A stretch of DNA of 64,000 nt. Origin: an uncultured bacterium. Its GTDB lineage: Bacteria; Chloroflexota; Anaerolineae; B4-G1. The notes beneath the pieces were generated by a model. The model had not been told where the DNA came from and did no database searches. It worked only from the letters and a program-made list of their open reading frames with translations. The stretch is from positions 36-64,035 of the forward strand of contig CBFDTD010000002.1 in NCBI GenBank assembly GCA_965612745.1, read 5' to 3'. A program made the position numbers and the translations under genes. Below are positions 39,705 to 50,107 of the stretch, piece after piece; position 1 is the stretch's first letter; every line of letters begins with the position of its first letter.

Positions 39705-41729
39705 GTGACGAAGCGTTTCTACTCCCACCAGTTGTTAATCGTCGGCATTCTCCTGCTGGCGGCTGGCCTGCGGCTGACCCGGCTTGACCTGATCGAGTTC
39801 AAGTACGACGAGGCGACGACTGCCCGCAGTGCCCTGGCGATTGTCCGCGAGGGACGGCTCCCCGCGATGGGGATGATCAGTTCCCAGGGGCCCCGCAATC
39901 CGCCGCTGATGAGTTACGTGCTGGCGTTGCCTTTCGCCCTCTCCCGTGACCCCCGACTGGCGGCAGGCTGGGTAGCGTTCCTGGGTGTGGTGGCGGTGGG
40001 GCTGGCCTACTGGGTTGGGCGGGCTTACTTCGACCGGCGCGTGGGTGCGCTGACGGCTCTCCTCTTTGCCGCCAGCCCGTGGGCGGTCTTCCACAGCCGC
40101 AAAATCTGGGCGCAGAACCTGCCCGCTTTCACGCTGCTCTTCGTGGCTGCCGTCCTGGCGCTAGTGGTGCGCCGCAAGCCCTGGGCGCTGACAGGCGCGC
40201 TGGTAGCGGCGGGATGCCTGGTGGGCCTCCACCTGGGAGGGCTGGCCTTTTTCTTCATCCTGGCGGTGATTGTGGTACTGTTCCGCCGTCACGTCCGCCC
40301 CGCTCCCCTGCTGGTTGGCCTGGCGCTGCTCGCGCTCATCCTCAGCCCCTACCTGCTCCACGATGCCCTCCACGGCTGGCCCAACATACGCGCCTTCGCG
40401 GACCTTGTCAGGCGGGAGGCGACGCCGGACCTGCAGGCCCCGTGTATGGCCGCGCTGATTGTCGGCGGCTACCACCTGGAGGACCTGGCCGGTGTGCGCC
40501 ACACAGACTTTGTGGCCTCCATCCTCGACCTGCGCCGGCTCGACTGGGTGGAAGTCACGCTTTTCTGGGCTGGCCTGGCTTGGCTGGCCTGGCGGGTGGG
40601 ATGGGAAGCGCTGACCCACCGGGGGCGTCTCTCACGCGAGGGGGCAGCGCGGCTGGTGCTCCTCTGCTGGTTCAGTGTGCCCGTGGCGCTGCTGCTGCGT
40701 CGCGGTGCGCCGGTGCATCCCCACGACCTCATCCTGCTCTACCCGGCGCAACACCTGGTCATTGCGCTCCTCCTCGTGGACGCGATGGACCGGGGAAAGC
40801 AGACCGCATCTCACGTTTCACGCTTCACGTTTCACGTTTCACGTTTCATCCCCCACGCCTGTCTCCTGCTCATCACCCTGCTCCTCGCCTGGCACGTCTA
40901 TCTCCAGGAATCGCTGCTGACCTTCGTGGACACGCACGACACACCGGGTGGGTACGGCGCGCCGGTCAAATACGCGCTGGCGGCGGCCCGTCAAGTCGAG
41001 GCACTCCTGGCCGAGGCCGGGGATGCGGAGTTGATCGTCCTCCTGCCGGGGGCCGAACCCCGCTACGATGGGCAGGCGGCCGTCTTTGACGTCCTGCTGG
41101 GGCAAAATCGCCGCCTGGTGGATGGGCGACAGGCGCTGGTGCTGCCGGCCCACCCGACGGTGTACCTGGCGCATCCCAAAGCCGAGCCAGCGGTATCGGC
41201 GCTGGCAGAAGTGGCCGCCGAGGTCGGGCCGGCGTTACCCGTGCGAACCGGCAGTGACGCGACATACCGCTTTTTCCGCTGGCAGCCGACCGCGGTGACT
41301 CCGGCTCACCCCTGGGATGGCGAGCCCGTGTGCTGGGCCTCCGGCGTGAGGTTTCTGGGCTACGACTGGTCGGGCGAACCCCGGCCCGGCGGCACGGTAC
41401 ACTGGACGCTTTACTGGCGCGTCGAGGGCCAGCCGTCGGCGGGAAACGACGTCCATTGGTTCAACCACCTGGTAGACGGCGAGGGCAATCGCTGGGGACA
41501 GATGGACGGGGTGGGGTATCCGGCGTCTGGGTGGCGCGTGGGCGACATCGTGCTCACTTGGTTCGACATCGCCATCAGCGCCGACGCACCCCCGCCCCCG
41601 TATTTCATCCGCAGCGGGATGTACACCTACCCGGACGTCGTCAATGTCCCGTTGGTGGACGCGGCTGGCAGTCCGGTGGGCGAGTTTGTGGAATTGGGCC
41701 CGGTGGGGGACAGGGCTTTCCCAAAGTAG
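39705..41729 (+). CDS. ArnT/PMT-like (GT39/GT83) integral-membrane glycosyltransferase with periplasmic C-terminal domain
   Basis: multi-TM N-terminal half with the DE motif region (FKYDEATTA); GTG start; contains an in-frame GTTTCAC heptamer repeat at 40811-40849. Confidence 0.7.
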   Translation: MTKRFYSHQLLIVGILLLAAGLRLTRLDLIEFKYDEATTARSALAIVREGRLPAMGMISSQGPRNPPLMSYVLALPFALSRDPRLAAGWVAFLGVVAVGLAYWVGRAYFDRRVGALTALLFAASPWAVFHSRKIWAQNLPAFTLLFVAAVLALVVRRKPWALTGALVAAGCLVGLHLGGLAFFFILAVIVVLFRRHVRPAPLLVGLALLALILSPYLLHDALHGWPNIRAFADLVRREATPDLQAPCMAALIVGGYHLEDLAGVRHTDFVASILDLRRLDWVEVTLFWAGLAWLAWRVGWEALTHRGRLSREGAARLVLLCWFSVPVALLLRRGAPVHPHDLILLYPAQHLVIALLLVDAMDRGKQTASHVSRFTFHVSRFIPHACLLLITLLLAWHVYLQESLLTFVDTHDTPGGYGAPVKYALAAARQVEALLAEAGDAELIVLLPGAEPRYDGQAAVFDVLLGQNRRLVDGRQALVLPAHPTVYLAHPKAEPAVSALAEVAAEVGPALPVRTGSDATYRFFRWQPTAVTPAHPWDGEPVCWASGVRFLGYDWSGEPRPGGTVHWTLYWRVEGQPSAGNDVHWFNHLVDGEGNRWGQMDGVGYPASGWRVGDIVLTWFDIAISADAPPPPYFIRSGMYTYPDVVNVPLVDAAGSPVGEFVELGPVGDRAFPK

Positions 41730-41823
41730 GTCAAATTGGCAATTTGACCCACAGCGCGTGGGGGAGGATTGGTATTGACAGATTATTGCCAATAGGCTAT
41801 AATGCGTGCAGGAGGTGAGGAAA

Positions 41824-42084
41824 ATGGCTGTAGCGAAGGTGATGATCTCTCTGCCCAGAGAATTCCTGGTGGAGATTGACCGCGTAGCCCGAGAGGAGCA
41901 CCGTACTCGCAGCGAGTTGCTGCGCGAAGCAGTACGACTCTACTTACGAACGCGGCAGGCTGTGCCGGGAGACGATCCCCGTGTGCGGCAGGCGGTAGCA
42001 GTTCAAGACCAATTGGCAGCGGAGGACCGGGCAGTAGGATGGGACAGCACGGCCGAACTTCGGCGCTGGAGGGAGCGACGGTGA
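41824..42084 (+). CDS. ribbon-helix-helix (CopG-like) antitoxin
   Basis: MAVAKVMISLPREFLVEIDRVAREEHRTRSELLREAV; Shine-Dalgarno GGAGGTGAGG; GTGA overlap with vapC. Confidence 0.7.
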   Translation: MAVAKVMISLPREFLVEIDRVAREEHRTRSELLREAVRLYLRTRQAVPGDDPRVRQAVAVQDQLAAEDRAVGWDSTAELRRWRERR

Positions 42085-42533
42085 ACTATGTTCCCTCAAC
42101 TGTGGTTGTCCTCGACACCTCGGTGGTCCTCAAGTGGTTCAGGCAGGGTGAGGTGGGAGCCGAAAAGGCATTGGCATTGCGTGCAGCCTATTTAGACGGC
42201 GCTCTCGGCATCGCGGTGCCTGATCTGTTGCTTTATGAACTCGGCAACGTGCTGCGTTACAAGCCTGACTTCGATAGCAATAAGGTGACAGCAGCGGTCG
42301 AGAGCGTATTGGCAATGGGTCTCTCCTGGCACGCCGTGACGCAGGACCGATTGGTCCGCGCTGTAGAGATTGCCTTTACCCATGATGTGACAGTATACGA
42401 TGCCGCTTTCGTCGCGCTGGCGGAGAATCTGCAGGCCGATTTTGTCACGGCGGACGAGCAATTGGCCCATCGGCTTCTGGGAGTGGAAAAAGTGTACACG
42501 CTTCGAGAGGTTATTCCCCCGCGTGCTGCCTGA
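42081..42533 (+). CDS. vapC: PIN-domain ribonuclease toxin VapC
   Basis: VVLDTSVV...YDAAFVALAE...VTADEQL acidic PIN residues. Confidence 0.75.
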   Translation: MNYVPSTVVVLDTSVVLKWFRQGEVGAEKALALRAAYLDGALGIAVPDLLLYELGNVLRYKPDFDSNKVTAAVESVLAMGLSWHAVTQDRLVRAVEIAFTHDVTVYDAAFVALAENLQADFVTADEQLAHRLLGVEKVYTLREVIPPRAA

Positions 42534-42551
42534 AGGCAAGGTTTGGGATTT

Positions 42552-44871
42552 GAAGGCTGACCTGGCTACTCTGGGCGTCCTGCTTCTGGTCATCCTCGCC
42601 TTCTTCTGGCCGCTCATACTCGCCCACCAGTGGATTCCGCGTGGCGGCGGCGATCTGGTCTCTTTCCTATGGCCTGTCTATCGCTTCGCTGCTCGCAGCC
42701 TCCGGGCAGGCGTCATCCCTCTCTGGAACCCCTACCTTTACAGCGGCGCCCCCTTCGTTGCCGACAACCAGTCCGGTGTCTTCTACCCGGTCAACCTGCT
42801 GACCTTCGCCCTCTTCGGTGAGCCCTCCTACGCGGTGATGGAGGGGCTGGTCGTTTTCCACATGTGGCTGGCCGGCGCAAACCTATTCGCCCTGGCGCGG
42901 GGACTGGGCCTGCGCCGGCCCGCTGCGCTGTTCGGTGGATTGGCCTTCGCCCTCTCTGACCTGTTCGTGACCCACATCGGCAATCTGAATCTCAACGCGA
43001 CGGCGGCCTATCTCCCGCTGCTCCTGCTGCTGACCCATCGCGCCCTGACGCGGGGAAGCCCCGGCTGGGCGGCCGGGGCCGGGGTGGTGCTGGCGGTGGC
43101 AGCGCTGGCCGGACACGGCCAGGTGTTCCTCTTCCTGGCCCTGATGCTCGTGCTCTACCTGCTCTATCGGCTGGCGGCGGACTGGCGGCGCGGGTTGCGC
43201 ACGTTGGGACTGGCAACGCTCATCGTCGCCGTGGGAGTGGGGGGAGCGGCGCTGATGCTGCTGCCGGCCCACGAGATGGTCGCTCACACCGGGCGGGGCC
43301 ATCTGCCCTACGACGAGGCGACCCGCTACTCGCTGCCGCCGCGGGCGCTGGTCGGTTTGCTCGCCCCCGGCTTCTACGGACGCGGGCCGGCCGGCTTCTG
43401 GGGCCCCTGGGAGCGGGTCGAGGTGGGGTATGCGGGCGTGGCGACGCTGGTACTGGCGGCCGTGGGGATAGCCGTTGGCGGTCAGCCGCTAGCCGTTAAG
43501 GGAAACAAGGAAACGGAGGTGCGGGAGGGCAAGGGAGCAGAGGAGCAAGGGAGCAGAGGAGCAGGCGAGCAGGTGAGTGAGGGTTTTCCGGTCAGCTTTT
43601 TCTCGCTCTTGGTGGCGGTGGCGCTGCTCCTGGCGATGGGACGTTACACGCCGCTTTACGGACTGCTGTACCGCTATGCGCCCACCTTCGACCAGGTGCG
43701 GGTACCGGCGCGGTTGATCCTGCTTGCCGACCTGGGCCTGGCGATGCTGGCGGCCTACGGCCTCGACCGGCTGCTGCGGGGTGAGGTGGGGCGCTGCGCT
43801 GTGTGGGTCGGGCTGGGTGCGCTGGTTGCCGGGGGGATGTTGCTGGCCGTGGGGCTGCCGCAGGCGCGGATGGTGCCTCCCCCTGACCGCGTCCCGCAGG
43901 CCACGATGAGCATCGTCATCGCCGCCGTGCTGCTGGGGCTCAGCGGACTGCTTGTCTGGCTCACTCGACGGCATCGGTGGGCGGCCTGGCTGCTCCTGCC
44001 CCTGCTGGCGGCCGATCTGATCGGGCTGGGCTCCACGCTGGAGGCCGAACCCCACGACCCCACGCTGGGCTTCCGCCACGAGGACGTCGTCGCCTTCCTG
44101 CGACGGGACCCCAACCTCTTCCGCATCGAGGGGACGGCTGGGGCCTGGCAGCCGGATGCGGCGCTGGTGCACGGTCTCTACGACATCGGCGGCGTCTACA
44201 ACCCGCTGGGGCTGGCTCCGTACCAGGCCTACCGCTGGGCGGTGGGGGAGCGGGGCGCACCACTTTACAACCTGCTGGGCGTCAAATACGTCCTGGCCGA
44301 CAAAGGCAGGCCGCCCGGCAACGAGCGGCTGGTGCCCGTCTACACCGCGAACCCGGAGATTGACGTCTACCTGAACACGGCGGCGCTGCCCCGGGCGCTG
44401 CTGGTCTATCGCTCGCAGGTGGTGCCCGACCACACGGCGGCGTGGGAGGCGATCCACGCGCCGGAGTTCGATCCCACACAGACGGTGATACTGGAGCAAG
44501 GGCAGATTGGAGATTGGAGAGCAGGGGTTGGAGAGGGCGGTGGCCACATCTCGTTTGTGCGCTACGGGCTGAACGAGGTCGAACTGGCGGTGCGCACGCC
44601 GGTGAGCGGATACCTGCTGCTGAGCGACGTGTACTATCCGGGCTGGCGGGCGGAGGTGGACGGTGTGCCCACCGAGGTGCTGCGGGCCGATTACGTCTTC
44701 CGCGCGGTTCTGCTCCCCCCGGGTGAGCACACCGTCAGGATGGAGTTCGCCCCGTGGACCTGGCGCGTGGGCCTGGCGGTGAGCGTCGTCACCTGGGCAG
44801 GGTTGGGCATCTGGGGCATCGTGGCGCTGTGGCGTAAGTATCCCTCTGGTTTGCCAGGCTGTCAGTCATGA
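42552..44871 (+). CDS. YfhO-family membrane glycosyltransferase-like protein (start uncertain: TTG 42552 or GTG 42522)
   Basis: about 770-aa multi-TM protein; N-terminus WPLILAHQWIPRGGGD...; the upstream part of the 42400 ORF overlaps vapC. Confidence 0.75.
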
Positions 44872-44915
44872 TATATACTTGGGGTACGGATTAGTATTGC
44901 AGGAGGTGATAGACA

Positions 44916-45191
44916 ATGAGTACAGCACAGATGATGCGCCGCATAATGATCACGGTGCCCCCTCACCTGTTGCGACAGGTTGACGAAGCGGCCACACGAC
45001 TTCACTTCAACCGCAGCCAATTCATCCGCCGGGCCATCGAGTTCTTTCTCGAAGAGCAGCGCCGCCGGGAACTGCGGGAGTTGCTCAAGGAGGGATACCT
45101 GGCCCGTGCCCAGGAGAGTCTGGAAATAGCGGAGGCGTTTTATGCGGCTGAGCAAGAGGCATGGGACCTCTACGCACCGTGGGAGGAGTAG
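44916..45191 (+). CDS. ribbon-helix-helix antitoxin
   Basis: MITVPPHLLRQVDEAATRLHFNRSQFIRRAIEFF. Confidence 0.75.
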   Translation: MSTAQMMRRIMITVPPHLLRQVDEAATRLHFNRSQFIRRAIEFFLEEQRRRELRELLKEGYLARAQESLEIAEAFYAAEQEAWDLYAPWEE

Positions 45192-45194
45192 ACG

Positions 45195-45551
45195 ATGCCA
45201 CGCGAATACCTCCGTGGGCACATCTATTACGCCCGGCTGGACCCGGTCGTCGGGCATGAACAGGGTGGGCATCGCCCCGTGCTGATCATCCAAAATGACA
45301 TCGGCAATTGCTTTGCACCCACTGTGATCGTCGCCGCTATTTCCTCATCGCTGTCGAAAAAGCCTTATCCGACCGAAGTGCGTGTGCCAGCAGGTGCCGG
45401 TGGGCTGACCAGAGATTCGGCAATCCGATTGGATCAGATCCGCACGTTGGACAAGCGCCGCCTGGAGCGTCACGTAGGGCAACTCGACGTGGCGACGATG
45501 CAGCAGGTGGACGAGGCCATCAAGATCAGCCTGGGGTTGGTCCCCCTATAG
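45195..45551 (+). CDS. mazF: MazF/PemK-family endoribonuclease toxin
   Basis: RGHIYYARLDPVVGHEQGGHRPVLIIQND... Confidence 0.85.
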   Translation: MPREYLRGHIYYARLDPVVGHEQGGHRPVLIIQNDIGNCFAPTVIVAAISSSLSKKPYPTEVRVPAGAGGLTRDSAIRLDQIRTLDKRRLERHVGQLDVATMQQVDEAIKISLGLVPL

Positions 45552-45562
45552 TGCGATCATCT

Positions 45563-45690
45563 TCCCAGCACCTGCCGCGCGATGACCAGACGCTGGATTT
45601 CGTTGGTACCCTCGCTGATGGCGCACAGCCGCCGGTCACGTACATGCGCTCGATCTGTGGCGCCCACGCCGTGACGCAATAGAAGGCTCG
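45563..45690 (-). pseudogene. remnant of an acyl-CoA dehydrogenase 3' end (about 100 bp, roughly 90% identical to 47169-47265), frameshifted
   Basis: direct nucleotide comparison with the 3' end of the intact acyl-CoA dehydrogenase gene at 47166. Confidence 0.6.
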
Positions 45691-45739
45691 CGCCAGATGT
45701 GAAAATCCGGCGCGAGCCTGCTTTGCCCATCACCAAGGT

Positions 45740-46846
45740 CTATTCGACGGTGTACGTAATTCTGTCATCCCCTCCCGGATCGTTGTATTCAATGGTGCTA
45801 TCATCAAGCCATTTGGGATTGAAGCATTTCGCTACTGCACTAGCGATTGTTTGTGTGCTTCGACTGTTAAGATCGTAGACAAATAGGGTAACTTGCTGCT
45901 GGCTCTTTGCGAACTCTTCCGCGTCATCGGCAACATATATTTGTGGACAATCGCTATATACCAGTTTTGCCGTGTTAACATTCAGATCATATTCCTCGGG
46001 AATAGCCAACTCGGAAATGTCGTAAAGCGTCGTTTGCCACGAAGATACCTCGATCCTGTAAAATGTCTGTGGGCTTGGCCCCGCGCTGATAACACCCCAA
46101 AACTCCCTGCCGTCCTTTGACCATTCTACCAAGCCAAGATGAGCAGGGAGAGGTGCATGTACCTTCTCGTCGTGGGCGGTCAGTTGGTCGGCAGTAAACC
46201 TCTGTACAACATTACCCCGAAAGTCAAGGAAGATCAGCCTCTGCCAGGTATTCTTCAGGTCGGAAATGCGCAGAGCAATGTATCTCTCATCCGGTGCTAC
46301 ACGGAAATCAAACCCCTGGGCCGAATAGATCCTTGTTCCTTTCCCCTCAGCATCGTATCTCCAAAGTTCATCCCTCCACTCTCTTGAATACCATTTCTCA
46401 GGAGTATATCCAACTCTTCTGATGATGTAGAGATTTCCGTTGTGATATTCACAGTTGTGATAGTGACCGAGGTAGACGTCTGAAAGCGTCACACACAGCG
46501 CCTTCTCTCCCGTCACTCTGTTCTCCACGCACACGTCGGTCTGGCTGCTATCCCGGGGATTGGCCACCATCCTGATTTCGACATCGCCATAGGTGCTTGA
46601 TCTGGGTCTCAGGTCGGGTGTGGGCTCAGGTGTTGCTGTAGGCGTAGCGGGAATAGGTATCGGCGGGCGCGTGGAACGCGGGGTGACAGTGGCAGTGAGC
46701 GTGAGCAGCGTGGATGTTGTTGTCAGGGACGGCGTCTCCGTCGGTCTGGCTATAGGCGATGGCGTTGTCGCCGGGCCACTGCAGGCGGTGAGAGCCAGCA
46801 GGATCAGCATCAACAAGGATAACCAATGTAACCTTGGCGTCTCCAT
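45740..46846 (-). CDS. lipoprotein with Thr/Pro-rich linker (lipobox LTAC), encoded in a low-GC island
   Basis: signal peptide LLMLILLALTAC|SG; GC visibly lower (about 45-50%) than the flanks. Confidence 0.7.
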   Translation of the reverse strand: METPRLHWLSLLMLILLALTACSGPATTPSPIARPTETPSLTTTSTLLTLTATVTPRSTRPPIPIPATPTATPEPTPDLRPRSSTYGDVEIRMVANPRDSSQTDVCVENRVTGEKALCVTLSDVYLGHYHNCEYHNGNLYIIRRVGYTPEKWYSREWRDELWRYDAEGKGTRIYSAQGFDFRVAPDERYIALRISDLKNTWQRLIFLDFRGNVVQRFTADQLTAHDEKVHAPLPAHLGLVEWSKDGREFWGVISAGPSPQTFYRIEVSSWQTTLYDISELAIPEEYDLNVNTAKLVYSDCPQIYVADDAEEFAKSQQQVTLFVYDLNSRSTQTIASAVAKCFNPKWLDDSTIEYNDPGGDDRITYTVE

Positions 46847-47165
46847 AATGCCTCCATCACTATCAGAATAAGACACTTCACGACGGGTATAGCGAAAACA
46901 CCCTCCCCTGGGGGAAGGGGCCTATCAGGGGAGCAAGTATCGCCGCCGGTGCGCCGTAACGAAGCTCTAACACACCGGCGGCGGACGTACCCAAACCTGG
47001 GATTACTTATTGTAATACTCGGCTATTCTAGAGGGGCTCCAACCAGATCCGGTATAAGCAGCTAGCGTTTTGTAAGTTGAGCCATCTAGTGGATCGTTGA
47101 TGCGGTAGGCTCTTGGATCATAGATATCATATGGGCAACCTCTGCACATCGGGTGCGGGTACTGA

Positions 47166-48308
47166 TCAGTCCCGCAGCACCTGCCGCGCGATGACTAGAC
47201 GCTGGATCTCGTTGGTGCCCTCGCCGATGGCGCACAGCCGCTGGTCGCGGTACATGCGCTCGACGGCGTACTCCCGCACGTAGCCGTAGCCGCCGTGGAT
47301 CTGGAGTGCCTTGTAGCAGGCGTGCTCCGACACCTCCGTGGCGAAGAGTTTGGCCATGGCTGCCTCTTTGGTGAAGCGCACACCCTGCTCCTTGAGCCAG
47401 GCGGCACGGTGGACCATCAGGCGGGCGGCCTCGATCTCCGTGGCCGTGTCGGCGATCATCCACTGGATGGCCTGGAACTTGGCGATGGGCCGGCCGAATT
47501 GCACCCGCTCCTTGGCGTAGGCAACGGCTTTCTCGAACGCCCCTTGCGCCAGCCCCACCGCCATCGCTGCGATGGCGATCCGCCCGGCATCCAGCGTGAC
47601 CAGGAACTGCTTGAACCCCTCGTTCTCCTTGCCCAACAGGTTCTCCGCCGGGATGCGGCAGTCCTCGAAGAAGAGTTCCGAGGTCACGGAGCCTCGCAGC
47701 CCCATCTTCTTCTCGTCCCGCCCGGGCTGGAAGCCGGGAGTGCCTTTTTCGATGATGAACGAGGAGATGCCCCGTGTGCCCTTCTCGGGGTCGGTCTTGG
47801 CCGTGATGACGACGACGTCGGCGATGGAGCCATTGGTGATGAAGATCTTCTGGCCGTTGATGACCCACTCATCGCCATCGCGGACGGCGCGGGTGCGCGT
47901 GGCCCCGGCATCGGAGCCGGCCTGGGGCTCGGTCAGGCCGAAAGCGCCGATCTTCTCCCCGCGTGCCAGCGGCACCAGGTACTTCCGCTTCTGCTCCTCG
48001 GTGCCGAATAGGTAGATGGGCTCGCAGCAGAGGGAGGTGTGGGCGTCCAGCATTATGGCCATAGAGCCGGAGACGCGGGCGATCTCCTCCAGCGCGATGA
48101 CCAGGCTCATATAGTCGCAGCCGGAGCCGCCGTACTCCTCCGGGAACGGAAGGCCCAGGATGCCCAGTTCGCCCATGCGGCGGAAGAGATCGTCGGGGAA
48201 CCGGTCTGTCTCGTCCATCTCCTCGGCGCGGGGTGCGATCTCCTTCTCGGCGAACTCCCGCACCATGCGGCGGATCATGCGGTGTTCTTCGGTCAGTTGG
48301 AAGTCCAT
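47166..48308 (-). CDS. acyl-CoA dehydrogenase
   Basis: 380 aa; FAD/substrate motifs (GSDAGATRT, IYEGTNEIQ-like ...GEGTNEIQRLVIAR). Confidence 0.9.
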   Translation of the reverse strand: MDFQLTEEHRMIRRMVREFAEKEIAPRAEEMDETDRFPDDLFRRMGELGILGLPFPEEYGGSGCDYMSLVIALEEIARVSGSMAIMLDAHTSLCCEPIYLFGTEEQKRKYLVPLARGEKIGAFGLTEPQAGSDAGATRTRAVRDGDEWVINGQKIFITNGSIADVVVITAKTDPEKGTRGISSFIIEKGTPGFQPGRDEKKMGLRGSVTSELFFEDCRIPAENLLGKENEGFKQFLVTLDAGRIAIAAMAVGLAQGAFEKAVAYAKERVQFGRPIAKFQAIQWMIADTATEIEAARLMVHRAAWLKEQGVRFTKEAAMAKLFATEVSEHACYKALQIHGGYGYVREYAVERMYRDQRLCAIGEGTNEIQRLVIARQVLRD

Positions 48309-48323
48309 CGTTTTGCTCCTTGT

Positions 48324-49091
48324 TTATTTCCCAATCACCATCCCCGTCGGGTCAATCTCACGCAGGATGCGGCGCACCTGTGGTGACGGTGGCTCAGTTG
48401 TGCCCACCTGGTCCGGGATGATGAGTTCGAAGGCGCTGTTGGCGCAGATGTCGTCCACCGTGACGCCGGGGTGGGTTGCCAGGAGCCGCATACGCTTGCT
48501 ATCCTCGTCGAAGTCGTACAGCCCCAGTTGGGTGATGACGCGGTAGGGGCCACTGCCCGCCGGCAGTCCGGCCCGCTCGCGAGCCCCAGGCCCGTCCAGG
48601 TAGCCCGGCGTGGTGAGGAAGTCCAGATGCTCCACAAAGCGGCGCTTATCCTGGCGCATGACGATGATGGTGCGCCAGCAGAAGGAGCCAATGTCGTTAG
48701 CCCCGCCGCTGCCAGGGAGCCGTACCAAGGGGTGATCCCACTCGCCGATGACGGTCGTGTTGAGATTGCCGTAGGGATCAATCTGTGCCGCGCCCAGGAA
48801 GCCGTAATCCACATAGCCGGCCTGCCCCGCCGACATCACTTCGTGCATGCTGGAGGCGGCCACGGCCCGGTAGAAGGTGCGGCTATCGCCGACGGAGATG
48901 GGCAGCACTGGCACCTGCGGGCCGATGCCGCCCGCCTCGAAGATAATGAGCAAGTTGGGCGCGTGGGTGCGCTGGGCCAGCATTGCCGCGATCATCGGCA
49001 GCCCGGTGCCGACGAAGACCGATTTGCCGTCCTCCAGCAGCCCGGCCGCGACATAGGCGAGTAGTTCGGTGGGGGTGTAGTCCTCGTTCAT
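48324..49091 (-). CDS. CoA-transferase subunit B (glutaconate/3-oxoacid CoA-transferase family)
   Basis: 255 aa; FEAGGIG...GSGGANDI. Confidence 0.85.
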   Translation of the reverse strand: MNEDYTPTELLAYVAAGLLEDGKSVFVGTGLPMIAAMLAQRTHAPNLLIIFEAGGIGPQVPVLPISVGDSRTFYRAVAASSMHEVMSAGQAGYVDYGFLGAAQIDPYGNLNTTVIGEWDHPLVRLPGSGGANDIGSFCWRTIIVMRQDKRRFVEHLDFLTTPGYLDGPGARERAGLPAGSGPYRVITQLGLYDFDEDSKRMRLLATHPGVTVDDICANSAFELIIPDQVGTTEPPSPQVRRILREIDPTGMVIGK

Positions 49092-50107
49092 TTCTTCTCC
49101 TCCAACCAGGGCGCGCGCAGCGGAGCCTCCAGATGCTCCACCTGGCGCAGGTACTCCAGCCGCTCCTCTCCCCCAATTAACTCCAGATACTCGGCGAAGT
49201 CCTCAACACTGTAGACATACCTCTCGAAGTACTCGGCCGCGCCCTCATCCGTCTTCGAGAGGCGCAGCCATTCGCCGATGTGGTCCTCGTCGAAGTAGTA
49301 CCGGTCGGGCATCAGCGTGGGATGCGCGCCGTAGGGCGCCTCGATGACGGCGTCCACCAGGTAGTAGGGGATGAGCGTGCGCCAGGGCTGACTGCGGATC
49401 ATTTCCTCGTCCACGATCTCCTCGGTGGTGATGATCAGCCTGCGGGCGGCGCGGGCCAGTTCAAAGTCCTCGACGGCAATGCCGTCAACCTGGCAATTGC
49501 CATACTTGTCGCAGCGGTGGACGTGCATCAGCACCACGTCGGGGTAGCAGGCAGGAAGAAGTGCGATGGGCTTGCCGCTGAAGGGGTCCTCGATGACTTT
49601 TGCGGAACTGTGGGCCAGCGTGTCGGTGCCGAGCATCACCCGGGTGGGGATGAAGGGTAGCCCCATCGCGGCGGCCAGGAAGCGCCACTGGTAGCCGGCG
49701 TTGCTGATCTCGGCCACTACCTGGCAGCGTCCGCTCTCGACGGCGCGACGCGAGGCGGGAGAGAGCCCACGCAGTTCGTGCCCGAAGGCGTAGGCCACCT
49801 CGATGCGGCAGACAGCGCCGGCGGCAATGAGGACATCGGAGTCGTGGACGGCAGTCTTGCCGCAGAAGGTAAGGTCGCGCTTGTGCTGGCGGATGATCTC
49901 GTAGATGGCGGCCATCGAAACACGGATGTGGCCGAAGCCACCACAGGCGATGATAGCCCCATCGGGCACGTATCGGGCGATCGCCTCGCGCAGCGTGGTG
50001 CGTTTGTCTTCCAGGGCGCGTGACTTGTGGGCAGCGACCCAGGCGCGGTGTTCGTCCGGGTCGTGCCAGCCAATCAGTTCGCCTTGACCTGTTTGTAGAA
50101 TATCCAC
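49088..50107 (-). CDS. CoA-transferase subunit A
   Basis: 339 aa; IACGGFG; 4-nt overlap with the subunit B gene. Confidence 0.85.
   Translation of the reverse strand: MDILQTGQGELIGWHDPDEHRAWVAAHKSRALEDKRTTLREAIARYVPDGAIIACGGFGHIRVSMAAIYEIIRQHKRDLTFCGKTAVHDSDVLIAAGAVCRIEVAYAFGHELRGLSPASRRAVESGRCQVVAEISNAGYQWRFLAAAMGLPFIPTRVMLGTDTLAHSSAKVIEDPFSGKPIALLPACYPDVVLMHVHRCDKYGNCQVDGIAVEDFELARAARRLIITTEEIVDEEMIRSQPWRTLIPYYLVDAVIEAPYGAHPTLMPDRYYFDEDHIGEWLRLSKTDEGAAEYFERYVYSVEDFAEYLELIGGEERLEYLRQVEHLEAPLRAPWLEEKK

Noticed and set aside
47086-47868. Minus-strand ORF of 260 aa overlapping the acyl-CoA dehydrogenase gene in another frame
   Set aside because: It is an alternative frame of a strongly supported gene and has an Arg/His-rich low-complexity composition.
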